Source of the DNA: Candidatus Moraniibacteriota bacterium
Lineage (GTDB): Bacteria; Patescibacteriota; Minisyncoccia; Moranbacterales; UBA1568
Assembly: GCA_028688415.1 (NCBI GenBank)
Contig: JAQTYF010000001.1
Location: 144,627-208,626 of the forward strand
DNA: 64,000 nt
Direction of reading: 5' to 3'
Positions 1 through 10,495 of this stretch are shown here, piece after piece (the stretch's first letter is position 1; each line of letters opens with the position of its first letter). The notes under the pieces were generated by a model, which worked only from the letters and a program-made list of their open reading frames with translations, was not told the origin of the DNA and searched no databases. A program made the translations under genes and the position numbers.

Positions 1-137
1 AGGAGTAAATAATGGTAAAAATCCGACGACTGCTCTTTGTGGGGAGGATCCTTCCTGTTTTAAGTAGTGGATTTCAAATTCAACCTATACGAGTTATTGG
101 TCTATAGATGAGATGTATATATCAAAAGATCTATCTA

Positions 138-1037
138 CTAAAGAAAAGTTACTCTTTCAATACAAAGACGAAAACATTTTTTCTTATGGAGGATGAACTC
201 TTTCATGTCTTTTTTTAGGAATGTAATTGCTGGGATTGTTTCTGGATTTCGGTCGAAAATGGTTACGAAGTTAGTGTGTGAATGTGCATACAGGATATCG
301 TTTTTGTCGCAGACAGTGTAAAACATTTTCTTTTTCTTTTCTATTTGAGCGCGCTTCTTTTTTGTTTCTGTAATATTTGTCACTTTTAGCGTGTTTAAAA
401 GAGTGAAAATAGATGTTGTCGCGATAGGATATTGAGGTAATGCCTCTCGTAGTATTTGTATTGTTTTTTTATTACTAATAATATAGCCAATTCGTTCAGT
501 TTCTAAAGAGAAGAACTTTGAAAATGTACGAAGGATAATGGTATTTTTTTTATGGAGAGCTTGTTGAATCAAGGATATTGGGACATAATCCCCGTATGAT
601 TCATCGATAATACAAAGGTTGCTCTTATTAACTATATGGATTAACTCATTCGAATTGAGATATAATCCGAGCTTATTGTCTGGATTGGTGATGTAGAGTA
701 TGTCGGTAGGATTAGACAGACCAGGCAGGAGAAACTTTCTAACGCCCGAACATACGTCCCAGAAAGTTTTCTGTTCTGTTGCAATTCTTGCATTTTCAGT
801 AATTAGCTGTGTAGCGTAGTGATAATTCAAATCAAGGTATGTAACATTTTTGTCTTTAAGGATTGTTCTTACAAGTGTATGTATAGCAGCATCAGCGCCA
901 TTCGTAAAAAGGATACATTCGTAAGGAATATCTTTTATACTAAAATATCGTGCCAGAGCACCTCTGATATATTGTGATACGGCATTATCCGAGTTAATGT
1001 CGACAAGCTCATTGCTGTTGAGAGATGGTAGATTCAT
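138..1037 (-). CDS. PLP-dependent aminotransferase class I/II (HisC/CobD-like)
   Basis: Motifs TNGADAAI, ITNPDNKLG, IIDESY and LRTFSKFFSL...RIGY (PLP lysine). Confidence 0.85.
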   Translation of the reverse strand: MNLPSLNSNELVDINSDNAVSQYIRGALARYFSIKDIPYECILFTNGADAAIHTLVRTILKDKNVTYLDLNYHYATQLITENARIATEQKTFWDVCSGVRKFLLPGLSNPTDILYITNPDNKLGLYLNSNELIHIVNKSNLCIIDESYGDYVPISLIQQALHKKNTIILRTFSKFFSLETERIGYIISNKKTIQILREALPQYPIATTSIFTLLNTLKVTNITETKKKRAQIEKKKKMFYTVCDKNDILYAHSHTNFVTIFDRNPETIPAITFLKKDMKEFILHKKKCFRLCIERVTFL

Positions 1038-2068
1038 ATTGATTTATTCTGTATCATTGTATCAATCTTAATAAGATCACTAATAATTTTTTCTGCCGAT
1101 TTTGATCGACTAAAATTTGATCCAAATTGTCTTATTTCTATTCCTGGTATTTGATTATTTATCACTCTTGGGCGCATATTGAATGCACTCCATTTCTTGT
1201 AAGCAGTATCAATATCTTTCGTTTTAGCAGTTTTCAAGAGTCTTTTTGTAAACGTGGTAAAGTAGTTAATTGCATTCAATGAATTATTAGGAATTGAAAA
1301 ATTGGCGCCAATTTTTGAAGTATGTACAGAGAGAAACTTCTTTAGGAAGATATTTCGGATATTTTTCTTAAAATGCACCATCTTTCCGTTTCGAAAAAGT
1401 TTTTTGTTACCGCGGTCATATTTTTCGTATCTCGAGATGAGTGTTTGTGTTAGACGGAGTATTTTTATATAATCTTTGAATGAAAACTGGTTTGAATATG
1501 TTGGATGAAATGTGATATGAAATGAGTTGATATGATTGTAGGTCCCAATTACTTTTTCAGATATTCTATTGAAAGACCAGGTAATATCTTTATATTGTTT
1601 GATATATTTTTTATATTTTGGTAATACAATATTTCTCCCGTCTTTTTGATCTGATAAAATTGTAAGATCAGAGCATAAGTATTGGTTTGAAAATGAACTT
1701 CCTTCATCAGAGAGAGCAATCCTATAGTATCTTGCCAGTTTAGGATAGGTTTTCTTTACAAATTTTTGTAGTTTGTTCTCAACAAATAAGTGGAGCTGGT
1801 TGATTTTTTTTAGGCCATCAAATACTTCATTAATGTGGTAAGGTTTTGATATAATCTCAATAAGACACTGGCTATATTCCTCGACAATAATATGATTATG
1901 CGGGAGCTTGGTATTCATAAGAAAAAGAAGGAATTCCTGTGCGAGATTTAAATTATACACTCGATCATCTTTCTTTGAATGAGCTTGTAAGAGAAATTCT
2001 TTCTCAAAGCCAAATTCAATTGGTAGATTAAGCTTCGTTGTAGCCATTTTCAATTCATTAATGTCCAT
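1034..2068 (-). CDS. Divergent glutamate-cysteine ligase (GCS2/YbdK-like) carboxylate-amine ligase
   Basis: FGFEKEFLL, EEYSQCLIEIISKP, SFHITFH and NMRPR...GIEIR occur in the order of the GCS2 motifs (GxExE, ExxxxxxE, HxH, RP...EiR). Confidence 0.55.
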   Translation of the reverse strand: MDINELKMATTKLNLPIEFGFEKEFLLQAHSKKDDRVYNLNLAQEFLLFLMNTKLPHNHIIVEEYSQCLIEIISKPYHINEVFDGLKKINQLHLFVENKLQKFVKKTYPKLARYYRIALSDEGSSFSNQYLCSDLTILSDQKDGRNIVLPKYKKYIKQYKDITWSFNRISEKVIGTYNHINSFHITFHPTYSNQFSFKDYIKILRLTQTLISRYEKYDRGNKKLFRNGKMVHFKKNIRNIFLKKFLSVHTSKIGANFSIPNNSLNAINYFTTFTKRLLKTAKTKDIDTAYKKWSAFNMRPRVINNQIPGIEIRQFGSNFSRSKSAEKIISDLIKIDTMIQNKSI

Positions 2069-2867
2069 ATTTTTTTCTATATCTTATAAGTCTGCCTTCA
2101 GCTTGTTTTATTAAATTTGTATTATTTCTTATATGAGTAACTCGCCAGATCCAAAAGTCGATACCGGCAAATATAATCCAATCTTTCGCTTCTTTTCCCA
2201 GTGTAAGTGATGTTTGCCCGATTTTATTATATTCATGTATGAAGTGTTTGAGTCCAGTTAAAGTTTGAAGAGGTATTAGTCCAGACCAATAGAGTTTTGC
2301 GATATCAAAATAAGGAGAAGAATATGTTGCTTCATCGAAGTCAATCAGAAAGATTTCCCCTGAAACTTTGCGTAAATTGGAGAGGGTTATATCGCCATGC
2401 GTTAAAGAAGATGTACTTTTTGATTTTGTATAGCGACTGATACGTTTGATAAGTTGATGAATATCTATATCTATTATTTTTTTGATATCTGTGGCGTGTT
2501 GTTGTAAATGTCGAAATCTCTTTTCAATGAGTCTTCGAGGAGTCTGTTTTTTGATTTTGTGTAAACGAGAGAGCGTTTGAGCCAAAGATGTTACATCGTT
2601 TTTTGTGAAAGATCGGAGTCCTGTTCCTACAGATGTCATAATGATGTAGGGCCTTCCTTCTGTCGATCCATTTTTGATAAATTTTGGCATGTAATCAAAT
2701 CCAGAATTGAAAGCAGAAATTTCAGATTTATAGTAGGATTTTTCGGAATAAATTTTAAGGATAAGGCCATGTTTTTTGTCTTGATAGACATCGTTAGCGA
2801 AGCCACCTTTACGCACGGTGAAGCCCTCCGGTATGTGAGATATATTTGTTAGGTTATTTGCTTTCAT
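2058..2867 (-). CDS. APH/choline-kinase family phosphotransferase
   Basis: GGFANDVY, LKIY, HGDITLSN and IDFD motifs. Confidence 0.85.
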   Translation of the reverse strand: MKANNLTNISHIPEGFTVRKGGFANDVYQDKKHGLILKIYSEKSYYKSEISAFNSGFDYMPKFIKNGSTEGRPYIIMTSVGTGLRSFTKNDVTSLAQTLSRLHKIKKQTPRRLIEKRFRHLQQHATDIKKIIDIDIHQLIKRISRYTKSKSTSSLTHGDITLSNLRKVSGEIFLIDFDEATYSSPYFDIAKLYWSGLIPLQTLTGLKHFIHEYNKIGQTSLTLGKEAKDWIIFAGIDFWIWRVTHIRNNTNLIKQAEGRLIRYRKKYGH

Positions 2868-2917
2868 TGGTTTTTTATTATAGTATATACGTATTATTAT
2901 ATAATAAATACAGAATT

Positions 2918-3472
2918 ATGAATACGTCACTTTTTCATAGAATTCAGCAAGAAAAGGCTCCTGAGATCTTATTCCTCTTGGTTGAGATCAGTCAGGGTGA
3001 TTACAATAAATATGAGTATAACCATGATATTGGTGTCCTTGAAGTTGATCGTGTGCTCTATGGACCAATGTTTTACCCAATTAATTACTGCGATGTTCCA
3101 GGAACTTGGAACGATGGGGATAAAGACCCTCTTGATGCCCTTCTCTTTAGCAGCAAACCGATTGTTCCGGGCGCTATGGTTACAGGAAGAGTTATTGGTG
3201 CAATGGAGATGATCGATAATGGCGAAATTGATCATAAGATTGTTTGTGTAAATGCAAAAGATCCTCGCTTTGATCACGTGAAGAAGATTGAAGATCTGAC
3301 ACCGTATCAACGCAAAGATGTCGTAACCTTTTTTGAGCTTTACAAAATTCCTCAGACAGGTAAAGATACCACGACAGTTGGAAAGTTTATGGATTTTGAT
3401 GAGGCTGCTGTATTTATTCAGAAATGTATAGATGCATATAAAGAGAAATTCGGAAACATACAAGGTAATTAG
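2918..3472 (+). CDS. ppa: Inorganic pyrophosphatase, family I
   Basis: NKYEY, DRVL, YPINY, DKDPLD and DHKIV motifs; start moved to ATG 2918. Confidence 0.92.
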   Translation: MNTSLFHRIQQEKAPEILFLLVEISQGDYNKYEYNHDIGVLEVDRVLYGPMFYPINYCDVPGTWNDGDKDPLDALLFSSKPIVPGAMVTGRVIGAMEMIDNGEIDHKIVCVNAKDPRFDHVKKIEDLTPYQRKDVVTFFELYKIPQTGKDTTTVGKFMDFDEAAVFIQKCIDAYKEKFGNIQGN

Positions 3473-3480
3473 AATTCTTT

Positions 3481-4854
3481 ATGAACAGCGCTGACTTGCT
3501 TGATTTAGAGAAGAAGTATTGTTCTTACGGAGACACTGTTCATTACGCTGAAAATCCGAAGATTTTTTCACGATGTGAAGGATCATATCTTTTTGATGAA
3601 AAAGATATGAGATATTTTGATTTGCAAATGTGGTATTCCGCCGTTAACCTTGGTTATGCAAACAAGAATATAAACACCGCGGTGAAAAAACAGATTGATA
3701 CTTTACCCCAAATTGCATCACAATATCTTCATCAGGGAAAAATTGAACTCGCCGCACGCTTGTGTACGGAAACAGAAAAGCGATTTGGTGTGAAAGGACG
3801 GGTCCATTTTAACGTTGGTGGTGCGCAAGCTATTGAAGATGCTCTGAAACTTGTTCGAATGCGAACAAAAGCAAATGGAGTATTTGCTTTTATGGGAGGA
3901 TATCATGGGAGAACAATTGCAGCCTCCGCAATTACTTCTAGCTATCGATATCGAAGTCGTTTCGGTCACTTTGGTGATCGTGCATTTTTCGTTGAATTTC
4001 CTTACGCTTTTCGTTGTCCAGAAAAAGGTGTAGACATAACTGATTATTATATCAGCAAGTTCAAACGATTGTTTGAGACAGAATATCATGGCATTTATGA
4101 TAGCAGAGATGGCGCGTGTGAATATCGTGCATTTTTTGCTGAACCGATCCAGGGGACAGGTGGTTATATCATTCCTCCGAAAAATTTCTTTAAAGAATTA
4201 AAAAAAGTACTCGACCAATACGGCATTCTTCTTGTTGTTGATGAAATTCAGATGGGGTTTTATCGTACTGGAAAACTTTGGAGCATTGAACATTTTGACG
4301 TTGTTCCAGATATTATTGTTTTTGGTAAGGCACTTACAAATGGGTTAAATCCGCTCTCTGGGATTTGGGCAAAGGAAGGACTTATTGAACCAAGTGTATT
4401 TCCACCGGGTTCTACTCATTCAACTTTCGCTTCTAATCCTCTTGGTACTACAGCAGGATTAGCTACTCTTGAAGCTTTTGATAATTGGACTGATCGAGAG
4501 CGTGATATTGAAGGAAAGGGTAAATATTTTTTGAATAAGTTAAAACAACTGAAAGAGAAATTCCCACAGATTATTGGGGATGTAGATGGATTAGGACTTG
4601 CTCTTAGAATTGAGTTATGTGGAGATGATGGTCAGGTTCCGAGTAAAAAACGTGCTGATTTTATATTCAATGAGGGATTAAGGGGAGATCTTATATATGA
4701 CGGAAAACCAATTGGGCTTATTCTTGATATTGGTGGTTATTATAAGAATATAATAACTCTTGCACCGAACTTACTTATAACAGAAGACGAAATTGATATG
4801 GTGTCAGAGTTGCTTTCTCAATTGTTTGATAGAGTTAAAAAGAATGGGATATAA
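3481..4854 (+). CDS. Class III PLP aminotransferase (GabT/ArgD-like)
   Basis: GGYHGRT, EPIQGTGG, DEIQMGFYRTG, FGKALTNG and HSTF motifs. Confidence 0.92.
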   Translation: MNSADLLDLEKKYCSYGDTVHYAENPKIFSRCEGSYLFDEKDMRYFDLQMWYSAVNLGYANKNINTAVKKQIDTLPQIASQYLHQGKIELAARLCTETEKRFGVKGRVHFNVGGAQAIEDALKLVRMRTKANGVFAFMGGYHGRTIAASAITSSYRYRSRFGHFGDRAFFVEFPYAFRCPEKGVDITDYYISKFKRLFETEYHGIYDSRDGACEYRAFFAEPIQGTGGYIIPPKNFFKELKKVLDQYGILLVVDEIQMGFYRTGKLWSIEHFDVVPDIIVFGKALTNGLNPLSGIWAKEGLIEPSVFPPGSTHSTFASNPLGTTAGLATLEAFDNWTDRERDIEGKGKYFLNKLKQLKEKFPQIIGDVDGLGLALRIELCGDDGQVPSKKRADFIFNEGLRGDLIYDGKPIGLILDIGGYYKNIITLAPNLLITEDEIDMVSELLSQLFDRVKKNGI

Positions 4855-6151
4855 GTTAGTAGATTTTGAATCTTTCAATTCTTTAGCAAAGCAATCACGT
4901 ATTTTGCCAAAGCGATTATGTTTGCCAGGGCAAAATGTTTCTTGGCGCATTGGAAAAGAATCATACCAATTACCTTTTTCTAATAAAATAAGAGAAAGAC
5001 TTGCCTTACTTGGGATGCTCTGTAAGAAATATCATGATGCTGTTGAGGATCTTTTTTTTCATGATACAGAATTTAGGAAAAAAGTGAATATGTATCGAGA
5101 AAAATCATTTCTCGATAATTTTAATCGAGCTAAGGATTTATCATCTGGGAATATTTTTTATCGACCAGACTTGGTTATAACAGAAGATTCACAATTTAAA
5201 ATTGCTGAAATAGATGCTCTTCCTGGGGAGTTGGGTGTCCATAGTTTTTTATTGAATGCTTATGGGAGTTCTGTAAATAAGATTGTTCAATCTTTTGAAG
5301 ATGTATTGAAAAAATTTCAACTTTCACAGAGTATAGATTTTGTTATTGATTCTATAATTTCTGAAGATGAATATGTCGCTGAGTATACGTACCTTGCGAG
5401 CTGTTTGTCCAGATCAGATATTACAATGCGTATATATAATATTAACGAATATTCTGGTCCAGAAAGAGAAGGCGTCTTGGTTTATAGATTTTTTGATATG
5501 GTACGAAATAATCAGGTACAGATACACACTATTCTTGATCGAATTAAAGAAACTAAATCATATTTGTATCCACCAATAAAACATTATCTCGAGGAGAAGT
5601 TTTCATTAAGCTGTGTACACGATAAGAATGTAGAAACAATATTTTTGCGACATTTTACAAATGAAGAGCTGTCTCTTTTTAGAGATCTTCTGCCAAAAGT
5701 TCATTATCTCGATAAACAGAGTCGATTAATTTTTCCGCCGATTCAATATAATGGTAGTTCTGTAGTAAATTTTTCAGATCTGGCTTTGTTGGCGCCAAAT
5801 ATACCATATGTTCTTAAAACGAGTGCTTTCTCAGATCAATTTTCTACATCGAAAGGGGCTATTCTCTTAGAAGGGTTGTCAAAAGAACAGATAAATAGTT
5901 TACTCGAAGAACATATAAACAAGTTTGATGAACACTTTATATTGCAAGAAAAGATTACGCCACTCATTGTTGGCGTACAAGTGGTTGATTCGAATGGCAT
6001 AAACCAAGAAGTGAGGGGATTTTCGCGACTAACTCCTTTCTATTTTGTGCAAAAGAGAAAAATTGCACTTGTATCTTCTCATATAGTAATTCGAGAGAAG
6101 AATTTTGATGTTCATTTTGCTTCAGATTCTGTTGTTATACCGGCGTATTAA
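4844..6151 (+). CDS. ATP-grasp-like amide ligase (glutathionylspermidine synthase / circularly permuted ATP-grasp-like)
   Basis: YRPDLV...FKIAEID..PG, EEKFSL, YVLK...SKG and ILQEKI; start overlaps the upstream stop. Confidence 0.6.
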   Translation: MGYKLVDFESFNSLAKQSRILPKRLCLPGQNVSWRIGKESYQLPFSNKIRERLALLGMLCKKYHDAVEDLFFHDTEFRKKVNMYREKSFLDNFNRAKDLSSGNIFYRPDLVITEDSQFKIAEIDALPGELGVHSFLLNAYGSSVNKIVQSFEDVLKKFQLSQSIDFVIDSIISEDEYVAEYTYLASCLSRSDITMRIYNINEYSGPEREGVLVYRFFDMVRNNQVQIHTILDRIKETKSYLYPPIKHYLEEKFSLSCVHDKNVETIFLRHFTNEELSLFRDLLPKVHYLDKQSRLIFPPIQYNGSSVVNFSDLALLAPNIPYVLKTSAFSDQFSTSKGAILLEGLSKEQINSLLEEHINKFDEHFILQEKITPLIVGVQVVDSNGINQEVRGFSRLTPFYFVQKRKIALVSSHIVIREKNFDVHFASDSVVIPAY

Positions 6152-6156
6152 GAATT

Positions 6157-6828
6157 TCAAGATTTTTGAATGATTTGAAGTATTTCGTGGAAGTTTCTGA
6201 AAAGACAGGATTTTTTTTTCCTGTCGCGTAATAGTGTGAAAAGTTTCTCTTTTGCAAAAACGGTTGAACAGTGGCGAGCTCCTTCAATATCAGAAATTCC
6301 GTCGCCTATATAGATTGTATCGTTAGGATGAATAGGGATTGTTTTGATAATATGCTTGATAATTTGTGGTTTGCAATTTGCACAGACATTATTATGAATA
6401 CAAGGATATAAATCAGAAGAATCAGATAGTGGTATAAATTTTATCATTTTTTCGGACATAAATTTTATATCATTTGCGTAGATAGAAGTGAAATATATCT
6501 TGTGAATTGTGAGGAATTGTTCGATGAGTGTATTTATTCCATCGCTTATAATAAAGAGAGGGATGCCCTTGTCTTTACAAAATTGCGAGAATTCGATAAA
6601 ACCATTTTCTAGATGCAATTTACCCGCAAGATCAAAAATATCCGTAGCGTTCATTCTAATATTAGAGAATTGTTTTATAAGGCATTCTCTACTACCGATA
6701 GTGCCAGATGACCACTGCAGTTCAATATTTTTCCAGGTGTTGTCCACGCTGAACTGATTCAGTATTAAGTCTGTACTGTCTTCTTTTGCTATTGTCCCGT
6801 CAAAATCACAGAATATAGAATGTAACAT
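6157..6828 (-). CDS. HAD-IB phosphatase, MtnX-like
   Basis: CDFDGTI, IISDG, CK, YIGDGISD and VFAK motifs. Confidence 0.9.
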   Translation of the reverse strand: MLHSIFCDFDGTIAKEDSTDLILNQFSVDNTWKNIELQWSSGTIGSRECLIKQFSNIRMNATDIFDLAGKLHLENGFIEFSQFCKDKGIPLFIISDGINTLIEQFLTIHKIYFTSIYANDIKFMSEKMIKFIPLSDSSDLYPCIHNNVCANCKPQIIKHIIKTIPIHPNDTIYIGDGISDIEGARHCSTVFAKEKLFTLLRDRKKKSCLFRNFHEILQIIQKS

Positions 6829-7019
6829 ATACTTGTATTATATCAAAACTGCCCTAAGAAATGAAATAATAATAATTTGTACTGTATGTTAGGATTGATA
6901 TGAGTTTTTATAGTGGCATATTCTAAGGGTTGTTATGGTTCCATAGTATTTTTTGCAAAAAATGGGGATTTGGGGTAGAATATGAGTGTAAGAAGTGCCT
7001 TTTTGAGGTATTTTTTGTA

Positions 7020-7048
7020 TTGACAAATAGTAAAAAAAGTGATATAGT
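7020..7048 (+). promoter_or_regulatory. Sigma70 promoter of hss
   Basis: TTGACA-N17-TATAGT with extended -10 TG. Confidence 0.75.
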
Positions 7049-7078
7049 ATAAAATAAATTTATTTTTCGATAAACACT

Positions 7079-8506
7079 ATGATGACACAAGATTTCAAGA
7101 AAGACGTTCGATTCGATAAGAAAATGCTCATAATCGGTGGTGGATTTATCGGACAAGGAGTCTTGCCTCTCATACTGAAACATATCGATATCAAGCCAGA
7201 GCAGATATCAATCATCACTGCTGACGAACGAGGCAAAGAAACAGCTGCCTATTACGGTATACCGTTTTCTATCAATCCGATTTCCAAAGAAAATTATCGA
7301 GAAGTACTTGATCCACTTCTCTCTCCTGGAGATTTCTTGCTCAATCTCTCATCTGATATAGAGAGTACGCTTATCGTGGATTTCTGTAGCGAACGAGGGA
7401 TACTCTATCTCGATACTTGTATCGACTCATGGCTTGGAGAAAGTACCAACCCAGCACTTTCTGTTTCACAGCGATCTCTCTACAAATTGCGAGAACAAGC
7501 TATCAAGCTCAAAGAGAAATGGGGGAATACAAATGCTACTTCGGTACTCGCTCACGGAGCCAATCCTGGTATTGTATCGCACCTCGTGAAACAAGCACTT
7601 CTCAATATTGCAAAAGATGAAGGAAGAGATGTAGTCATCCCACAAACGAGAGAAGAATGGGCACGCCTCTCCCAATCACTCGGGATCCGGGCTATCCATG
7701 TCGCAGAGCGTGATACGCAGATTCCTACAGAACGAAAAAAAGTAGGTGAATTCATCAATACCTGGTCTATCGATGGATTGGTCGGTGAAGGACTCCAGCC
7801 AGCAGAGCTCGGATGGGGATCGCATGAGAAACATCTCCCTGTCGATGGGAGTAGACACACGTTTGGTGATCAGTCTGCTATCTATTTGAACAAACCAGGA
7901 GCATCAGTACGTGTCCGCACCTGGCTCCCTCTCGCTGGTCCACAGATCGGATATCTCATCACACACAATGAAGCTATTTCCCTCGCGAGTTATCTGACTC
8001 TCGGAACAGGGGAGAATCCAGAATATCGTCCGACAGTACACTATGCTTATCACCCTTGTGATGATGCGGTACTTTCGATTACAGAACTCGAAGAATCCAA
8101 TTGGAAAATTCAGGAACAAAAACGATCGATCACTGATGAAATTGTTTCGGGTATAGATGAACTCGGTGTTCTCTTGATCGGGAACAAACAGGGTGTGTAC
8201 TGGTTCGGATCACGACTCGATATCCATACTGCACGACAGCTCGCGCCATACAATTCTGCGACATCACTGCAGGTAGCTGCCGGTGTCGTAGCGGGGATGA
8301 TATGGGCGATGCGTCATCCAGAGAGTGGGATAGTCGAAGCAGAAGAAATGGATTTCAGAGAAGTGCTCGATATTGCTAGTCCATACTGGGGAGAGCTCGT
8401 CGGCGAATACAGTGATTGGGATCCGACGATAGGACGGAACACCCTTTTTCCCGAAGATATCGATACAGAAGATCCCTGGCAGTTCAAGAATTTCCGCGTA
8501 GTATAG
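7079..8506 (+). CDS. hss: Homospermidine synthase
   Basis: GGGFIG, HGANPG, NTWS.DG...EG.QPAELGWG.HE, YRPTVHYAY and NSATSLQV; C-terminal DPWQFKNF. Confidence 0.95.
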   Translation: MMTQDFKKDVRFDKKMLIIGGGFIGQGVLPLILKHIDIKPEQISIITADERGKETAAYYGIPFSINPISKENYREVLDPLLSPGDFLLNLSSDIESTLIVDFCSERGILYLDTCIDSWLGESTNPALSVSQRSLYKLREQAIKLKEKWGNTNATSVLAHGANPGIVSHLVKQALLNIAKDEGRDVVIPQTREEWARLSQSLGIRAIHVAERDTQIPTERKKVGEFINTWSIDGLVGEGLQPAELGWGSHEKHLPVDGSRHTFGDQSAIYLNKPGASVRVRTWLPLAGPQIGYLITHNEAISLASYLTLGTGENPEYRPTVHYAYHPCDDAVLSITELEESNWKIQEQKRSITDEIVSGIDELGVLLIGNKQGVYWFGSRLDIHTARQLAPYNSATSLQVAAGVVAGMIWAMRHPESGIVEAEEMDFREVLDIASPYWGELVGEYSDWDPTIGRNTLFPEDIDTEDPWQFKNFRVV

Positions 8507-8533
8507 GCATTTATTGAGAATTTATAGAAAAGA
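8483..8533 (+). repeat. 51-bp direct repeat, copy 1 (3' end of hss plus downstream bases)
   Basis: ttcaagaatttccgcgtagtataggcatttattgagaatttatagaaaaga, identical to 10502-10552. Confidence 0.97.
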
Positions 8534-8586
8534 AAAAAGAAGCAATGACGTAGCAATACTTCTTTAATTTCTTAAGTCAGTAGATA

Positions 8587-8805
8587 CTAACTTGAATAAA
8601 TGTGGTTCTTTCTATTGAACCTCGATTCGCTTCCGCAGATACGAACAGACCCATAGTTACCCTTGTTGCGATAATTCATCATTGAATCTGTTATCTCTGG
8701 AAGTTGTATTTTGAAATCAGCACTAAACTGAGTTTCAGCATTTGGTGCCGAAAGCATCATATACAGATTTCTTTCTGCGTAGTGTAAAGGAACGATATTT
8801 CTCAT
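8587..8805 (-). CDS. Small hypothetical protein (72 aa)
   Basis: AGGAG SD upstream of ATG 8805 (MRNIVPLHY...); divergent from the Gly-rich ORF. Confidence 0.45.
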   Translation of the reverse strand: MRNIVPLHYAERNLYMMLSAPNAETQFSADFKIQLPEITDSMMNYRNKGNYGSVRICGSESRFNRKNHIYSS

Positions 8806-8915
8806 CAGTATTCTCCTGGTTAATTCAGAATTTCGGAAGGATGGCAACTTTCTTATAGCATGCAATAGTTATTTTGTACAATAGCTAGTAGGGGTATTTG
8901 TAATATTTTCACAGA

Positions 8916-8944
8916 TTGACGAAAAACCGTTCTTATGATATTGT
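8916..8944 (+). promoter_or_regulatory. Putative sigma70 promoter of the Gly-rich peptide
   Basis: TTGACG-N17-TATTGT with extended -10 TG. Confidence 0.55.
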
Positions 8945-8986
8945 TTTCTTGCCATTATATCAATGGTGTTTTTAGGAGAATATCTC

Positions 8987-9106
8987 ATGAAGCAAGGCCT
9001 TTTCGGTGGTTCTGGTGGTCACGGCAATGGAAATGGTGGCTCTGGTGGCCAACGTGGTGGCGGTGGCGGTAGCACCGGTGGCGGTTCCGGGACTCGTGGC
9101 AAATAA
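8987..9106 (+). CDS. 39-aa Gly/Ser-rich peptide (not in the ORF track)
   Basis: AGGAG SD, then MKQGLFGGSGGHGNGNGGSGGQRGGGGGSTGGGSGTRGK*; GGN codons are phased in this frame. Confidence 0.7.
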   Translation: MKQGLFGGSGGHGNGNGGSGGQRGGGGGSTGGGSGTRGK

Positions 9107-9206
9107 GTTCATCTGCCAAATCGCGTAATCTGCCAGTATGGCCTCGATCATCATTGTGTGATTGAGGCCATTTTATTTTTTCGATAAATACTCTATACTT
9201 CAAACT

Positions 9207-10460
9207 ATGCAAGTATCTCATTTCGAAAATATACTCGAAGGGAAGGGAGGGAAGTTCCTTTCCATACACTGTCCACATCTGCAGGTGTCGATTGCTTCTG
9301 TATGGTTCGAAGCTGGTTCGATATATGATCCTTTGGGCAAAGAAGGATTGGCACATTTTTTCGAACATTTGCTCTTGCAGAAAACAAAAAAAGAGCCTTC
9401 TCGAACACAGAGACTCTATACTCTCGAATCTCGTGGAATAGATTTTTACGCCTACACGAACAAAGACTCAGCTTACTATTACCATATTCAAGAACCAGAG
9501 AAAACAAAAGAAAGCCTCGGATTACTCGCGCTTGGTATTGCAGACTTCGTTTTCGATGAAACCGATATCGAGAAAGAGAGAAATGTGATTCTTTCAGAGA
9601 AAGACACGTATGATGGAAATCGGGATGAGAAAGTGTGGGATTTTCTCTTCGATGGTTTGTATCATGGAAGTGTTTTTGCTCATAATCCGTTCGGAGATGC
9701 CCATTCGATTAGTTCTATTACGAAAGAAGATATAGAAAAATTTTATCGAGAATACTATAATCTCGAGAACGCTGTGTGGGTCATTCTCTCTCCGCAAGTA
9801 TCTGGTGCAGATGAGAAAATACATCTTGAGGAAACCTTACGTCCTTTTGTTGATGCAAGCGAGAAAGTGTCAATCGATCATGATGCGAGAGAAACAATGG
9901 GAAGTGTCCATGATCAGAGGATAGTTGCCTCATCAGAAGATACATCATTTCTCGTAGCTGAAGCATTTCGTACGACGGATATTTTTGATCAAGAAAATAT
10001 TCTTCGTATCGATCTTCTCCGTTCTATCATCGCCTCTGGGTGGATTTCTTGGGCAAATAAAATACTACGTACCGAGAAAAGTCTCATCTATTGGGCACGC
10101 AGTGTTTTCAGTCAATTTCATGATAGGGGATATGTAGCTTTCCTCTTTGATGTGCAAAATTCTTCCAAGACTGAAGCCATCACCCTCTTCGACAGATTGA
10201 TAGAAGATTCGAAGGATATCGAAAAAATGAGTGAACATCTGGATGCACACAAGAACGCTTTTGCAACACGATTTCTCCGCGTGTATCATAACCCAGAAGA
10301 TCTCTTGTGGTGGTATGGATACCCTGCTTTATTTGGTATTGTCAAAGAGTCTCCCAAAGAATATTTGCATCAACTGAAACAATTGAAAGCAGAAGAGCTC
10401 GTTTCTGTCGCAGAAAAAACTTTTACGAAGGAAAAGAGGAGTGTCATAGAGATTAGTTAG
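9207..10460 (+). CDS. M16 (pitrilysin/insulinase) zinc peptidase
   Basis: GLAHFFEHLL (HxxEH), AYT and ERNVILSE motifs; TATACT 7 nt before ATG 9207. Confidence 0.9.
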   Translation: MQVSHFENILEGKGGKFLSIHCPHLQVSIASVWFEAGSIYDPLGKEGLAHFFEHLLLQKTKKEPSRTQRLYTLESRGIDFYAYTNKDSAYYYHIQEPEKTKESLGLLALGIADFVFDETDIEKERNVILSEKDTYDGNRDEKVWDFLFDGLYHGSVFAHNPFGDAHSISSITKEDIEKFYREYYNLENAVWVILSPQVSGADEKIHLEETLRPFVDASEKVSIDHDARETMGSVHDQRIVASSEDTSFLVAEAFRTTDIFDQENILRIDLLRSIIASGWISWANKILRTEKSLIYWARSVFSQFHDRGYVAFLFDVQNSSKTEAITLFDRLIEDSKDIEKMSEHLDAHKNAFATRFLRVYHNPEDLLWWYGYPALFGIVKESPKEYLHQLKQLKAEELVSVAEKTFTKEKRSVIEIS

Positions 10461-10495
10461 TATGTATGGTATTTCTGTGACATATAATCATTACT

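Noticed and set aside
1-107. AGGAG followed by a 31-aa ORF at the window start
   Set aside because: Equally consistent with the 3' end of a gene entering from outside the window (...ALCGEDPSCFK*); cannot be resolved here.
8972-9154. Thr/Ala-rich 60-aa minus-strand ORF
   Set aside because: Antisense shadow of the Gly-rich plus-strand peptide, which has the SD and promoter.
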